Made by a program: the position numbers and the translations under genes. The notes under the pieces were generated by a model. It was not told the origin of the DNA. It searched no databases and worked only from the letters and a program-made list of their open reading frames with translations. A DNA stretch of 52,643 bases, from positions 72,322 to 124,964 of IMG/VR virus record IMGVR_UViG_3300027816_000067; one strand, given 5' to 3'. Source of the DNA: a virus (Duplodnaviria; Heunggongvirae; Uroviricota; Caudoviricetes; Crassvirales). Within the stretch, counting starts at the first letter, position 1. The number at the start of each line of letters is the position of its first letter. Shown piece after piece: positions 1 through 10,728 of the stretch.

Positions 1-3000
1 AGTGATGCCAAAATTTTCTAATAGTGTGCTAAGTTGATTAGCTTGTTCTTGTGTAATATTACGTGATTTTCTAATAGCTTCTACTATTTTCTGATACTCA
101 TCAAAATATTGTTTTGCTTTTACCGTATCAATTTCACCATTTTTAGTTATATTATTGCCTGCTGAATTTTTTAAATTTGTATTCCATTCGTCAATAATTA
201 ACTGTTTTATATTTTTTCTATTAGCATTAAATACTCTCATGCTAATTTCATTACCAAATTCTAGTTCTTTAATATTACGAATTACTTTTAAAAATGGAGT
301 ATACGCTTTGTTAAAAGCAACAAATAATTTAGTTTTAAACTGTTCATCTGCTAAAGCCTTAACAACAACATCTCTTAATTCAGGACGTTTATATTGTAAC
401 TCCTGAAGTTTTGCGATCATTTCATTTGTTGTATTAACATCAGCTAAATTATTAAATAAGAAATTTACAATTTCATCGTAATTTGCAAAACTAGTAAATC
501 CTAAATCATCATTAGTTTCACTGGTTCCTTTAACAAATTCTCCATTAACAATACTATATTTTTCTAGTTTACGTAAAAACTTACGAACATCATATGAAAA
601 GTTATCTTTAGGATTTTCTGTTAATCTACTTTTATCATGAATAGTATCAAAATTCTCTTCTTCATACAGCTCTTCAAAACTAGTATTATTTATATCTTCT
701 AATACTTGTTCATTAGTCTCACCTTCTGGTGTATACTTTAATCCATAGCGTCTAAGATCAGCTAATGCTTTTCCAAAATATCCATCAACATCACTAATTT
801 CTTTATCTTGATTCTCTACAAAAAACTGATTAATCAGATTTTGTAATTTAGCTTTTCTAGGGTCAGTATTAGGTAATTTAAATTCTGCTTGGCGAAGACC
901 ATTTAGAATAGAGCCATATACTGTAATTAAACCTAATTTATAATCGTTCTTACCAATTTTTTCAATAAGTTTAGTATCAGATAATCCTTCAAAATTAGGA
1001 TTTTTTGCTCTATAATTATCTAAAGCTTTAAAAAACTGATAATTAATCATAGCTACGCGCTTTCTAGCTACAATAGGATCTTCTATAACTTTATATTTGG
1101 GAGATGTGTTTTTAACAGGAAGTTGCTTATCTTTATAATAACCAGTATTAATTCGATACATTAATGTATCAATATCTACTTTGTTAAATACTGATTTAAT
1201 TGCAGTCCATAATTTTCTAAAAAACTGTCGTATATTGTAAGATAAAGAATCTGCATTAGCACCGTCCTCTTGGACATACTCCATAAACTCATCTGCTAGT
1301 TTTTCTTCTAATTTTAAATCATTAGTATTATAAACAGATTTGTCTAAAGAAGATAGTCTAATTATTTCTTGTTTTTGTTGTTCAGTTAAAGTAATTTCCT
1401 GCCAAGTATTACCATATTCATCAGTAATTAATACAGGATTATATCCTTGTTTTTTAAGAATATTAGCTACAGTATTCTCATAGAAATTATAAATAGGTTT
1501 TAAAGCACCAAACCCTTCTTTTTCTACTCTTTCAAGTTCTTGTTTAAGTTGGTTTATTTCTTCACGAGTTTTAACTCTATCTTTTTTAATTTTGTCAATA
1601 AATTCTTCTGCTCTTTCTCTTTTACTATAACTAACACCTTTTTCACCTACATTATTTACAACATAAAATCTACCATCTGTATCTTGTTCAATAGTGTAAT
1701 CAAAAAATTCTTGTTCGAGAACTTTAATCCTATCTTCTTTCTGCTTTTTAAACTCTTCTAAAGTAGTGTGACCTTCAACTTTACTAGCTGTATTACCTGA
1801 AGGGAATAATACCTTTTCATAACCTTTCTTAGCACTATCTTGAATAATAGATTTAATAAAGAATGTAACCCAGTTGTTGTCTTTATTCAGAAGTTGGAGA
1901 AATTGATTTTCTTGTTCTCCTGAATAAATTTCTTTAGGAGTATCGCTAGAAAAATCAACGTCTAGTAATTCTTGTAAAGCTAAACTTTTCTTATCCCTAC
2001 CTTTCTGAAACAAATCAGATTGTATTTCTTGTATTTCTACAACTTTAGTAATTGTATTGTAATACAATCTTATCCAACCAATAGTATTATCATCAGCAAA
2101 AGAAGCGTGGGCTTTTATAGAAGGTGTAATCAAAGGGGTATTAATTTTTAATTCCTGATATACCCAACCATCCTCAGATCTATACATTTCTGCTTCTCTA
2201 GGATTATTACGAGAAGCTACTAAATTAATTCCACCCTTACCGTAAATATTAGTAGGTTCTTTTACAATAGAATCTTTTTTAGCTTGCTCAAATTCTTCTA
2301 TTGTAATACTTACAGGTTCACCATTTATTATTTTTAAATATTCAGGACGATTATACCCTTGCTCAACTATATAAGTTACACCATTTGAAATAAATCCTTC
2401 TCCTCCATCATCTAATTGTTTTTGAGCTTCTGGACCAAACGCAGTATTAATCTCAACAGTATAACTATAATTAGCTAATAAAGAAGTAAGTATTTCTTCT
2501 CTATTATAAGGATTTTCTACACTTAAAGATTTAAGTAACTCTATTTGTTCTTTAGGTATTTGTAAATCTTGTTGTAATTTTTGCCAAAATTGTTCTCCTT
2601 TCCATTGTCCTTTATCTCTCTTTTTAAACCATTCAATAGCTTTATCAGATGAAAGAATATTAACTGATTTTAGTTGAAAATCAACAGCATTATATCTTGC
2701 AATAGTATCTACAGAATCAAAACTTCTAGGAATACCATATCTTATAGAAGCTTCATTTAAAATAGCTTCTCTTTCTTTTGGTGATAAAAATAGATTAAAT
2801 ACAGCGTGAAATGCTTCGTGATAAGCTATTTTATTAGGTGCTGCGTTATATAAAATAATTGCCGCATCTTTAAACATACCCCAAGCATATCCACCGTTTT
2901 TCTTAATCTCAATTAAATGAGGAATAATTTCTACTGGAACTTGTGGTAAATTCTTTTCAAACCAAGCACGAATTTCTCCTTCATTTAAAGGAGTATAATT

Positions 3001-6000
3001 ATCTCCATCTGTAGCTTCTTTAAACTTCCCAATATCTCCTAAATCAATAGACGTAATTCCAAAATCTACATCATTTAAAGAAAATTTTTCGTTTAATCCT
3101 GCAATATTAGAATGTTCAACTGTTGTTTTAGCTTCTGAAATAGGAGCATCTTTAACAACTTCAGGAATGTAAGGTTCAACAATTACTCTAGTAGAGTGAA
3201 AATAATCTGGATGTAAATCTGTTACAATATATCCGTTTTTAGAAACAGTACTATTGTAAGCTTCGCCATTCACTGTTCTATTAATTTTATTTACATCAAT
3301 TTGAACACGGAGTTGACCTAGAACTTCAACAGCATTTTCCTCTGTAAAAGTTTTAATAGTCTTAGTTTTATTATCAGTTAGAACTAAATTATAAGACTGA
3401 GTGTTAGGACTATAATATAAATCACTAATAGAAACAATATCAGAAATTCTATCAACTGCTTCTCTTCTTTGTGTGGCATCTGTAATTTCTTTAAATGAAA
3501 GAGCCATTGATCTTACTTCTGCAAGTAAATCAGGAAAAGTATTAAGAGTTTTATTAAATATCTTAATTGGTAGTATATTACCTGATTTATCAGGTATCAT
3601 CATATAAACAGCACCTTTTTCTACATTTTTTTGTGCAGTTACCTTATTAACATAAGGATGATTAACGTCACCAAAATCAAGATAAGCTTGACCATTGGTT
3701 TTTTGACGACCAATAGCAAGTACCAATTTATTATTTCCTATAATATCTAAAGGATTTTGTTCTAATGGCTTACTATCTTGACGTAAGTTATGAATAGGAC
3801 CAGATTCATAACTTTTTAATTTAGTAGTTGGTGTAAGAGTAATACGACCAATCTTATTAGTAGTATTTAAAACCTCACTCCACAACTTTTCTTTAAAAGC
3901 TTTAAGATTATTTGAATTATCTTTACTACCAAAATTTTTAGTTTCAGTCCATATAGGAACAGCACCTAGAATAACTCTGTTAGTCTCTGTTTTATTATTA
4001 TCTTTATAATAAACAATTTCTATTTGAGCATTATTTGCATCTATTTTTTCAAATCCTTTAATGGTACCTTTATTAAAAGAATCGTTAAAATCATATTCAT
4101 AATATAAAGTAGAACCAACGGGGATTTCTCCTCTATTTAACGCTCCCCAATTTATCTTTTGACTTAACGAAGAAGTATTTAAAACTAGTCCGTTTTCTGT
4201 TTCTGTAAATGAACCATTCTCATATTTAAACTCAAGACTAGCTGTTTTCCACGGGTTAGTAGGGTAGCCAACTGTATTCTGTTGTGTAGTTGTTTCTTTT
4301 GTTTTAATATTAACATCTACACCATCAGAGTTAGTCGGTTCTTTTTTAAGATCTATTTTAGTAACACTTACAACAGAATTAGATTGCTTAAAGTAATTAT
4401 TAAGCTTAGTTTTAAATACAGGATCACTATTATACCGTTCTGCTATATACTTTTCATCAACAACAGTATTTTCAGGAATACCACCATTTAGTATAGCCAA
4501 GTTAGTAATTTCTTGTACTTCTTTAGCTTTTAAAAGAGAGTTATCCGTCCAGCGTGTTTTTAATGAAGCCTCTAAATTTACTTCATCAATCTTTGAAGCT
4601 GTAGCTTGTATTTCTTTAACTTTAACAGCTAAAGCTTCTTTAAATTCTTTATCTTTATTAATAATTTTAGCTGCTTCTTTTAATTGAACTAGCTCTTCTT
4701 CAGTAGTATTTTTATTAATCTTTTTAGTTAATGTAAGTAATTCTTTATTTTGAGTTTCTTCCCGTAAAGTATTAACTTTATCCTGAATTTTTGCAGGATT
4801 ACTAGCCAGTGTTGCGTCTTTATTCAGTTGTGCAAGTTGTAGTTCTTCAACACTTTTTAAGAATGTATTTTGTGTTAAAAGAGAAGTATCTACCTGATTT
4901 AACTTTTCTTTAACTTGATCTTCTGTTAAACTTTGATTCGTTTTAACAGTTTCTAAAAATAAAGCATAACTATCTTTCTTTTCTTTAAGTAGATTATCTT
5001 TAATTTCTTTATCAATACCTAAATCTTCTGGTTTTAAAGCTTCCAGCGATTCAATGTCTTTACTAAGTTCTAATACTTTAGTAAGATCAGAAGTTAATTT
5101 AAAATCTTCTGTTAGTCTGCCTAATTCTTTATTAACCTCTTGTTGTCTTAAATCTAAAGAAGCACGTTTAATATTTCTACCTGCTTTATTTGCAAGTAAA
5201 AATCTCATTGTTTCTCCAGTATTATTTTTTCTAACGGTATTAAAGTAAGATTCAAACCCTTTTAATTGTTCTAATCCCCATTGTCCTTTAGCATTAATTT
5301 CTTTTGCTTCTTCTTGCGAAATGTCATCAGCTGGTTTAGTATCAACCATCATTTGAAACAAAGATTCTGCATGATCTGCTCTTCCTTGTTCTAATAATTC
5401 AAAGATAAATCTATAAGATTCTTCCTGTTCAATTTTTAAAAATTTCTTTTTATCTCCTTCAAATACAGCTAATTGTTTTTGATATTCTGTATCACGTAAT
5501 TCATTAGCTATTTGTTGTTGTTTTGCAAATTTATTATTAATAGCTGTACCAGCTACTTCAAATACACCACCACCTAATGCACCAAAGAAAACAGAAGTTA
5601 AAAAGTTTTCATCAGTTGCATATTTAGCTAATCTTTCAGGATAAGATAAATAATCTTTTTCACGAATACCATATTTTTGAGCAACTTCTCTTGCTTGTTC
5701 TTCAGCTGTAATAAACTGATAACCTTCTTCTGCTCCTTCAATACCCATTTGAGTAAGAATAGATTTTGCAGTAGATTTATTAGCATTAGATAAAGCCAAC
5801 TCCTTCCCTTTTCTAGAATAAGTAGACCAACCTTTGTTAATCATACCAAATTGAACAAGATCATTCATAATCAGTGTCCAATTTTTATTATAAACAGATT
5901 TAGCAGCTTCTTTTGCTGCTTGTTTTGCTAAATCATCACTAAATCCTTTTTGTTTAGCTTCTTCAAGAATAGTATTGTATGTTTCTGTTGCCTCCATCAT

Positions 6001-6630
6001 GTTTTCAGCATGACGTGACATACCAGCCATTGTAATGGTTTCTAAGCCCGCAGTAGCTGTATTAAAAACTGGACTTCCTTCTGCAACTCCAATAGCTTTT
6101 AACAATTTATGTCCTCTCATTGCTCTAGCTGTTGCACCTAAAGCTTTAGTTCCAGCCATTGCAGGAATCATTAATGAAATTGCACTACCAATAGAAGAAA
6201 AATTTTCAAAAAACCACTCACTTACATCTGCTGTCTCTGTATTATTATATACAGGAAACATATCTTGTTGGAGTTCTTCATTCTTTTTTGCTGCCCACTC
6301 TGATATAACATTACCAAACTGTTTCTCAGAATCAAAAGCAGTAGTAATAAGTTGAAGTGGATTTAAATATCCTGCACCTTCTACTGCTCCTAATACAACT
6401 TCTCCACCAAAATTAACTAAACTATTACCTAATTCACTCCAAAATCCTTGATTAGCTGCTTTTACATCATTAGGATTAGAATCAGTTGTTAATCCTTGTA
6501 AAAAACGAGAATCAGAAGTCATTCTTAAACCACCTATAGGTGATCTAGGATTAATATCTGCCTTATAACGAAATGGATTAAATTCTTCAGTTTCTTTACC
6601 AGAACTGAGAAAAGGATTAATATTGCTCAT
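1..6630 (-). CDS. Giant crAss-like virion (ejected cargo) protein, >2210 aa, 3'-truncated at window edge; contains zincin/MPTase metallopeptidase motifs
   Basis: ATG at 6630 (MSNINPFLSSGKE...). My manual translation stays open to base 1 (...LLENFGIT); the ORF track omits it, consistent with no stop in the window. HEAFH at 2806-2820, EEKLADEF at ~1285-1308. Glycine-rich hydrophobic helices near the N-terminus. Lies downstream of muzzle and cargo genes as in crAss-like phages. Confidence 0.85.
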   Translation of the reverse strand, partial: MSNINPFLSSGKETEEFNPFRYKADINPRSPIGGLRMTSDSRFLQGLTTDSNPNDVKAANQGFWSELGNSLVNFGGEVVLGAVEGAGYLNPLQLITTAFDSEKQFGNVISEWAAKKNEELQQDMFPVYNNTETADVSEWFFENFSSIGSAISLMIPAMAGTKALGATARAMRGHKLLKAIGVAEGSPVFNTATAGLETITMAGMSRHAENMMEATETYNTILEEAKQKGFSDDLAKQAAKEAAKSVYNKNWTLIMNDLVQFGMINKGWSTYSRKGKELALSNANKSTAKSILTQMGIEGAEEGYQFITAEEQAREVAQKYGIREKDYLSYPERLAKYATDENFLTSVFFGALGGGVFEVAGTAINNKFAKQQQIANELRDTEYQKQLAVFEGDKKKFLKIEQEESYRFIFELLEQGRADHAESLFQMMVDTKPADDISQEEAKEINAKGQWGLEQLKGFESYFNTVRKNNTGETMRFLLANKAGRNIKRASLDLRQQEVNKELGRLTEDFKLTSDLTKVLELSKDIESLEALKPEDLGIDKEIKDNLLKEKKDSYALFLETVKTNQSLTEDQVKEKLNQVDTSLLTQNTFLKSVEELQLAQLNKDATLASNPAKIQDKVNTLREETQNKELLTLTKKINKNTTEEELVQLKEAAKIINKDKEFKEALAVKVKEIQATASKIDEVNLEASLKTRWTDNSLLKAKEVQEITNLAILNGGIPENTVVDEKYIAERYNSDPVFKTKLNNYFKQSNSVVSVTKIDLKKEPTNSDGVDVNIKTKETTTQQNTVGYPTNPWKTASLEFKYENGSFTETENGLVLNTSSLSQKINWGALNRGEIPVGSTLYYEYDFNDSFNKGTIKGFEKIDANNAQIEIVYYKDNNKTETNRVILGAVPIWTETKNFGSKDNSNNLKAFKEKLWSEVLNTTNKIGRITLTPTTKLKSYESGPIHNLRQDSKPLEQNPLDIIGNNKLVLAIGRQKTNGQAYLDFGDVNHPYVNKVTAQKNVEKGAVYMMIPDKSGNILPIKIFNKTLNTFPDLLAEVRSMALSFKEITDATQRREAVDRISDIVSISDLYYSPNTQSYNLVLTDNKTKTIKTFTEENAVEVLGQLRVQIDVNKINRTVNGEAYNSTVSKNGYIVTDLHPDYFHSTRVIVEPYIPEVVKDAPISEAKTTVEHSNIAGLNEKFSLNDVDFGITSIDLGDIGKFKEATDGDNYTPLNEGEIRAWFEKNLPQVPVEIIPHLIEIKKNGGYAWGMFKDAAIILYNAAPNKIAYHEAFHAVFNLFLSPKEREAILNEASIRYGIPRSFDSVDTIARYNAVDFQLKSVNILSSDKAIEWFKKRDKGQWKGEQFWQKLQQDLQIPKEQIELLKSLSVENPYNREEILTSLLANYSYTVEINTAFGPEAQKQLDDGGEGFISNGVTYIVEQGYNRPEYLKIINGEPVSITIEEFEQAKKDSIVKEPTNIYGKGGINLVASRNNPREAEMYRSEDGWVYQELKINTPLITPSIKAHASFADDNTIGWIRLYYNTITKVVEIQEIQSDLFQKGRDKKSLALQELLDVDFSSDTPKEIYSGEQENQFLQLLNKDNNWVTFFIKSIIQDSAKKGYEKVLFPSGNTASKVEGHTTLEEFKKQKEDRIKVLEQEFFDYTIEQDTDGRFYVVNNVGEKGVSYSKRERAEEFIDKIKKDRVKTREEINQLKQELERVEKEGFGALKPIYNFYENTVANILKKQGYNPVLITDEYGNTWQEITLTEQQKQEIIRLSSLDKSVYNTNDLKLEEKLADEFMEYVQEDGANADSLSYNIRQFFRKLWTAIKSVFNKVDIDTLMYRINTGYYKDKQLPVKNTSPKYKVIEDPIVARKRVAMINYQFFKALDNYRAKNPNFEGLSDTKLIEKIGKNDYKLGLITVYGSILNGLRQAEFKLPNTDPRKAKLQNLINQFFVENQDKEISDVDGYFGKALADLRRYGLKYTPEGETNEQVLEDINNTSFEELYEEENFDTIHDKSRLTENPKDNFSYDVRKFLRKLEKYSIVNGEFVKGTSETNDDLGFTSFANYDEIVNFLFNNLADVNTTNEMIAKLQELQYKRPELRDVVVKALADEQFKTKLFVAFNKAYTPFLKVIRNIKELEFGNEISMRVFNANRKNIKQLIIDEWNTNLKNSAGNNITKNGEIDTVKAKQYFDEYQKIVEAIRKSRNITQEQANQLSTLLENFGIT

Positions 6631-6631
6631 G

Positions 6632-8644
6632 TTATTTTAGATATTTTTCTACTTCTAATGGAACAAGACTCTTATAATATTCTGGAAAACTACTAAGAGT
6701 CTTTGCTACTTTCATTCCTGCTGCGTCAGTAATAACTACATAACCAACAAAAGGTACTGATTTTCTCATAGCTTTATCAGGATTAGGAACACTTATTACA
6801 TCAAACGTCAAATTCATATTCTTTCCAACAGAAGGAATATAAACGTTATCTGCTTTAATTTGTGTAGAATTACCTGCCATTGCAGCACTCATTACATCTT
6901 GCATAGGTTGTAATGCACTATCTTCAACAGGAACAATTACACTTCTTTTAAATGTTTTACCATCCTTATCTTGATATATAAAATCGTAACGCTGTCCTGG
7001 TCTACCACTAATAGGATTAATTTGTGCAAGACCATTATATGTTACATCTACTAGTTTTCCATCTTTTTGAGTTTCTTCCAAAAACGAAGAAATATCTACT
7101 ACACCTTCTCGTTTAGATTCTTTATCAGCACCTAATTCAAAAACATCTCTACCTCCAATAGTTCTAATAATATTAGGAATATTTAATTCTTCTCCTTTAC
7201 GCTTCATAGAAGCTCTAGTTTCAATCGGAGTCCAAACTCTATTATCATTCATAACTGCTGCATTTTTAACAGCATCTTTATGATTCTCTAAAGTTTGTTT
7301 CATATATTCAGGATTATTCCATCGAGGCTCATTAATTCTTAAATAATCATCAATTTGTTTTTGATACTTTTGAGGATCATTTAACCACTGTTCTGGAACT
7401 TTATTATCAGTAACTTGTTGAACTAAAAATTGCTTTTTACTATCATTAGTTAAGTTAGTGATATGTTTATTTTGAATTTCTTCTTCTTCAACACTAGAAG
7501 CTTCTCTAAACTTATAATTAACTGCACTATTATCTGCACCTTCGGCTATTTGTTTTGTCAAAGGTTCCTGTGTTTTATTAATATATGCTTGAGGACTAAG
7601 CTTATCCTCTGTTTTCTCATTATAATAATATCCTCTCTTGGTACCTTCCGGTGTACTAACATTTCCTATATAATTACCATAAACAAATTTTCCGTCTACG
7701 TAATTTAAATCTTCATACTTATCTTTAGCATGAAGATTTTTACTAGATATATCTTGAATGGCTAAAGAAGAACCAACAGGAGTCATTCTATCATACATCC
7801 ACTCTGGATAAACTTGTTGTTGAGATTTATCTTTAAGGAATCTGTATTTACCACCTATAGGTTGATTTGTTCTGGGATTAATTTCTCCAGCAACGTATGC
7901 TACACCAGCTAAAATTTCTTTATTTAATTGTTCTCCGAGACCAAGAACATTCATAGTCTGAGTATAGCTTTTAAATTCAGAAGAACCTTCTAAATATCGC
8001 ATTGCAGCTTGTTGAATATCTTGCATTGTTCTATATTCACCACCTACAATAGTATAGGTACCATCACCATTATTTTGAATTTTACCTACTTTTCCTTGAG
8101 ATTCCATTCCTTTAATGGCATCGTCAAGCATCTTTGATACGTCTACACTTTTAGAAGGTACAAAACCACTAAATTGACCTTGTAATACCTGATCTCTAGT
8201 CATAGCAGAATTATCTGCCTTTGTCTTATTTAATGCTGCTTGATAAACGTCTGATTTAATTTCTCCTTTCTCATAACGCTCTTGTAATGAGGCTTTATAA
8301 TCTCCATAAGCTTTTTTACGTTGCATTAAGGGAGTAATTTCTTGAGCAAATTGTCTACTCGCTTTCTTTACTTCTCTACCAAGATTTTCATAATCTCCTC
8401 TTTCAGACCATTGATCTATTTGACCACGATACTTACCCATTAATTCCTCTGCATAATATGAGTCTGGTTCAAATGGAGCGACACTCTGTTTTAGAGTGTC
8501 TGTTTGATAACCTAATACATCTGCTGTTTCCGCAGCAACTTCATAATCATTACGTCTTTGCGTAATTAATTCATTTAATTCTTTATTAACATTACCCATA
8601 TATGGTTGTATATATGGGTTAATATTAAAATTAGGTAATGACAT
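6632..8644 (-). CDS. crAss-like virion cargo/ejection protein (670 aa)
   Basis: Long helical ORF between cargo-1-like gene and giant protein; called by synteny with crAss-like ejection modules. Confidence 0.6.
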   Translation of the reverse strand: MSLPNFNINPYIQPYMGNVNKELNELITQRRNDYEVAAETADVLGYQTDTLKQSVAPFEPDSYYAEELMGKYRGQIDQWSERGDYENLGREVKKASRQFAQEITPLMQRKKAYGDYKASLQERYEKGEIKSDVYQAALNKTKADNSAMTRDQVLQGQFSGFVPSKSVDVSKMLDDAIKGMESQGKVGKIQNNGDGTYTIVGGEYRTMQDIQQAAMRYLEGSSEFKSYTQTMNVLGLGEQLNKEILAGVAYVAGEINPRTNQPIGGKYRFLKDKSQQQVYPEWMYDRMTPVGSSLAIQDISSKNLHAKDKYEDLNYVDGKFVYGNYIGNVSTPEGTKRGYYYNEKTEDKLSPQAYINKTQEPLTKQIAEGADNSAVNYKFREASSVEEEEIQNKHITNLTNDSKKQFLVQQVTDNKVPEQWLNDPQKYQKQIDDYLRINEPRWNNPEYMKQTLENHKDAVKNAAVMNDNRVWTPIETRASMKRKGEELNIPNIIRTIGGRDVFELGADKESKREGVVDISSFLEETQKDGKLVDVTYNGLAQINPISGRPGQRYDFIYQDKDGKTFKRSVIVPVEDSALQPMQDVMSAAMAGNSTQIKADNVYIPSVGKNMNLTFDVISVPNPDKAMRKSVPFVGYVVITDAAGMKVAKTLSSFPEYYKSLVPLEVEKYLK

Positions 8645-10728
8645 TATCCAATAGGTTTACGTGAACGTTTATAGTAATTACCAAATATTTTACGCAACAT
8701 TCTATCATCTAGATTTTCATCTGCCCATCTTTGAAAAACTCCAGTATCACCTTCTTTAAAAGTAGTCATAAAGTTTTTCATAAAATCTAATTGTTGAGAA
8801 TCTTTCATTGCTTGATTACCCATAATACTACGTAATCCAGCGTCAATATTTTGTTGAGTTAATGCACGTCTTTGATTACGATTATTCATTGATTCTAACC
8901 TAGCTTGATTTGTTACTGATGTATTGAACATATTAGTTCTATTAGACATATCATTAAATCTAGCTTTAAATTGATCTTCTCTACCAAATTCATCAAGACT
9001 TGCTCGATTTAAACTTTCTAAGCTTTTAGCAAAAAGATTAGATTGTAATGCTTGGTTATCTTGCGCTCCACTTCCACGTAGTCCTTGTGTTGCTGTTCTA
9101 TAAGCACCAAATACTTGATCTCTCAAGTAAGGCATCCTATTGGTAAAATTATAAACAGGAGCAGGAGCAACATCAGGAGTAAACTCTGTTTCTAATTTAT
9201 TAATCTGTGCTTGATTAGCTAAAGTTCCAATTCCTGTAGCAAGTAAACCTGTATTACCTTGTAAAGCTTCTAAAATATCTCCAAATTTATATTTAGGTAA
9301 CATACCACCTTTAGCATAGGACATTCCATATGCTTTAGTTGCACCACTGGGTTTAAATGCTCCTCTTCCACCAGAAACTCCTGATATAGCACCAAAGTTT
9401 GTAGGATATACCTGACTTTCTTTTACTTTGCTACTCTTTTCTGTCGTTTGTTTATTTTTAGTAACGGGTGTCATCATCTCCATTTCAATAATAGCTGCAT
9501 TATCATTAGTAAATGGCACGTAGTTCGCAGGCGCACCTTGTGGATATTTCCATTTATTGATAGCATCACCATCAAACTTACCAATGTGAATACGAGAAAT
9601 ATTTGGATCAGAATCAAATGCATCTTTTACTTTATTCACACCAAAACCTTCCCAAAATAAATTTTGATTACCTTGTAATGGAGTATTCCATGGTACTTGA
9701 TTTTCTTGCCATGCTTTTTTCCAAGCATTATATTCTTCTCTAGTAACCCATCCTCTATCCTGCACAAAACCTTTTTCTTTAGGTTCTTTACTTGTAAAAT
9801 AATTATAAATACTTTCTTGACCTTTTACAATTTTAGGTTTACCGGGTTCAGTAGTTCCACCTTCTGTCATTTTACGAAGATAACCACCAAAACGCATTTT
9901 ATCGTTAGATATATTTTTATTTATTTTCTGAAATTCTTGGTCTTGAAATAATGTATCAACAGCACTATTTAATCGTTCTAACATTAATTTTGCTGTTCCC
10001 GCCTCTCCTAATCTTGTTGATTTAAGATTAGTTTCATATTCTCCTTTTTTCTTAGCATATCTTTCTGCTAATGAAGCATAAGTATCATCTGACTTAATAT
10101 TAACACCTAAACCTTTTAATTGTTCTAATACCTCTTTAGAAGGTTTAAGTCTATTAGATAATACCATGTTATCTTTTATAACTTCTCCATCTTCAATTTC
10201 TATATCTGCTTGATTATCCTGATTAGTATCAATGGGAATACCACCATTTGCGTGAGTATCTCCTTCATAAACAGCAGCATTAGATGAAAGTTGTTTTACT
10301 TCTGAATCATCAGTAGGATAAGGTAAATAACCTCCGGCAGGACGCATTGGTAAATAAGTACCATATTTAGCTGTCATTATTCCTTGAGAAGGAAAAGTAC
10401 TAAGTACTTGTTGAGATTGATTTTTAATTAGTGATGTTGCACGTTCAAGTCTTTCTTGTCTAATTCTTCTTTCCTCTTTTTTTGCTTTCTCGTTTCCAAA
10501 AACAGATGTTAAACCACCAATTACACCCCCTGCTAATGCACCCCAAGGGCCAGCTACCATACCTGCACTAGCGCCTTTAAGAACACCACTAGCCCCTGCC
10601 GCTAGATTACTTCTAACACCAAATTCATTTCCTGGATCTAAAACATCAACAAGATTACCTGCCATACCTGCAAAAGGAGCAGTCTCAGCGTTTAGATAAT
10701 CACCAAACTTATATTTTTTAAGTTTCAT
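8644..10728 (-). CDS. crAss-like cargo protein 1-like ejection protein (694 aa)
   Basis: Glycine-zipper segment (GASAGMVAGPWGALAGGVIGG), GDTHANGGI motif, repeated K(Y/F)xxG motifs, immediately downstream of the muzzle gene. Confidence 0.7.
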   Translation of the reverse strand: MKLKKYKFGDYLNAETAPFAGMAGNLVDVLDPGNEFGVRSNLAAGASGVLKGASAGMVAGPWGALAGGVIGGLTSVFGNEKAKKEERRIRQERLERATSLIKNQSQQVLSTFPSQGIMTAKYGTYLPMRPAGGYLPYPTDDSEVKQLSSNAAVYEGDTHANGGIPIDTNQDNQADIEIEDGEVIKDNMVLSNRLKPSKEVLEQLKGLGVNIKSDDTYASLAERYAKKKGEYETNLKSTRLGEAGTAKLMLERLNSAVDTLFQDQEFQKINKNISNDKMRFGGYLRKMTEGGTTEPGKPKIVKGQESIYNYFTSKEPKEKGFVQDRGWVTREEYNAWKKAWQENQVPWNTPLQGNQNLFWEGFGVNKVKDAFDSDPNISRIHIGKFDGDAINKWKYPQGAPANYVPFTNDNAAIIEMEMMTPVTKNKQTTEKSSKVKESQVYPTNFGAISGVSGGRGAFKPSGATKAYGMSYAKGGMLPKYKFGDILEALQGNTGLLATGIGTLANQAQINKLETEFTPDVAPAPVYNFTNRMPYLRDQVFGAYRTATQGLRGSGAQDNQALQSNLFAKSLESLNRASLDEFGREDQFKARFNDMSNRTNMFNTSVTNQARLESMNNRNQRRALTQQNIDAGLRSIMGNQAMKDSQQLDFMKNFMTTFKEGDTGVFQRWADENLDDRMLRKIFGNYYKRSRKPIG

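Noticed and set aside
1330-2740. Insert in the giant protein as an intein
   Set aside because: No Cys/Ser start with Hint block motifs, no His-Asn end and no LAGLIDADG motifs seen.
1-10728. Calling the giant protein the virion RNA polymerase
   Set aside because: crAss-like phages carry one, but I saw no DxDxD catalytic motif in the visible 2210 aa; it may lie beyond the window. KFDGD in the 694-aa protein lacks the first Asp.
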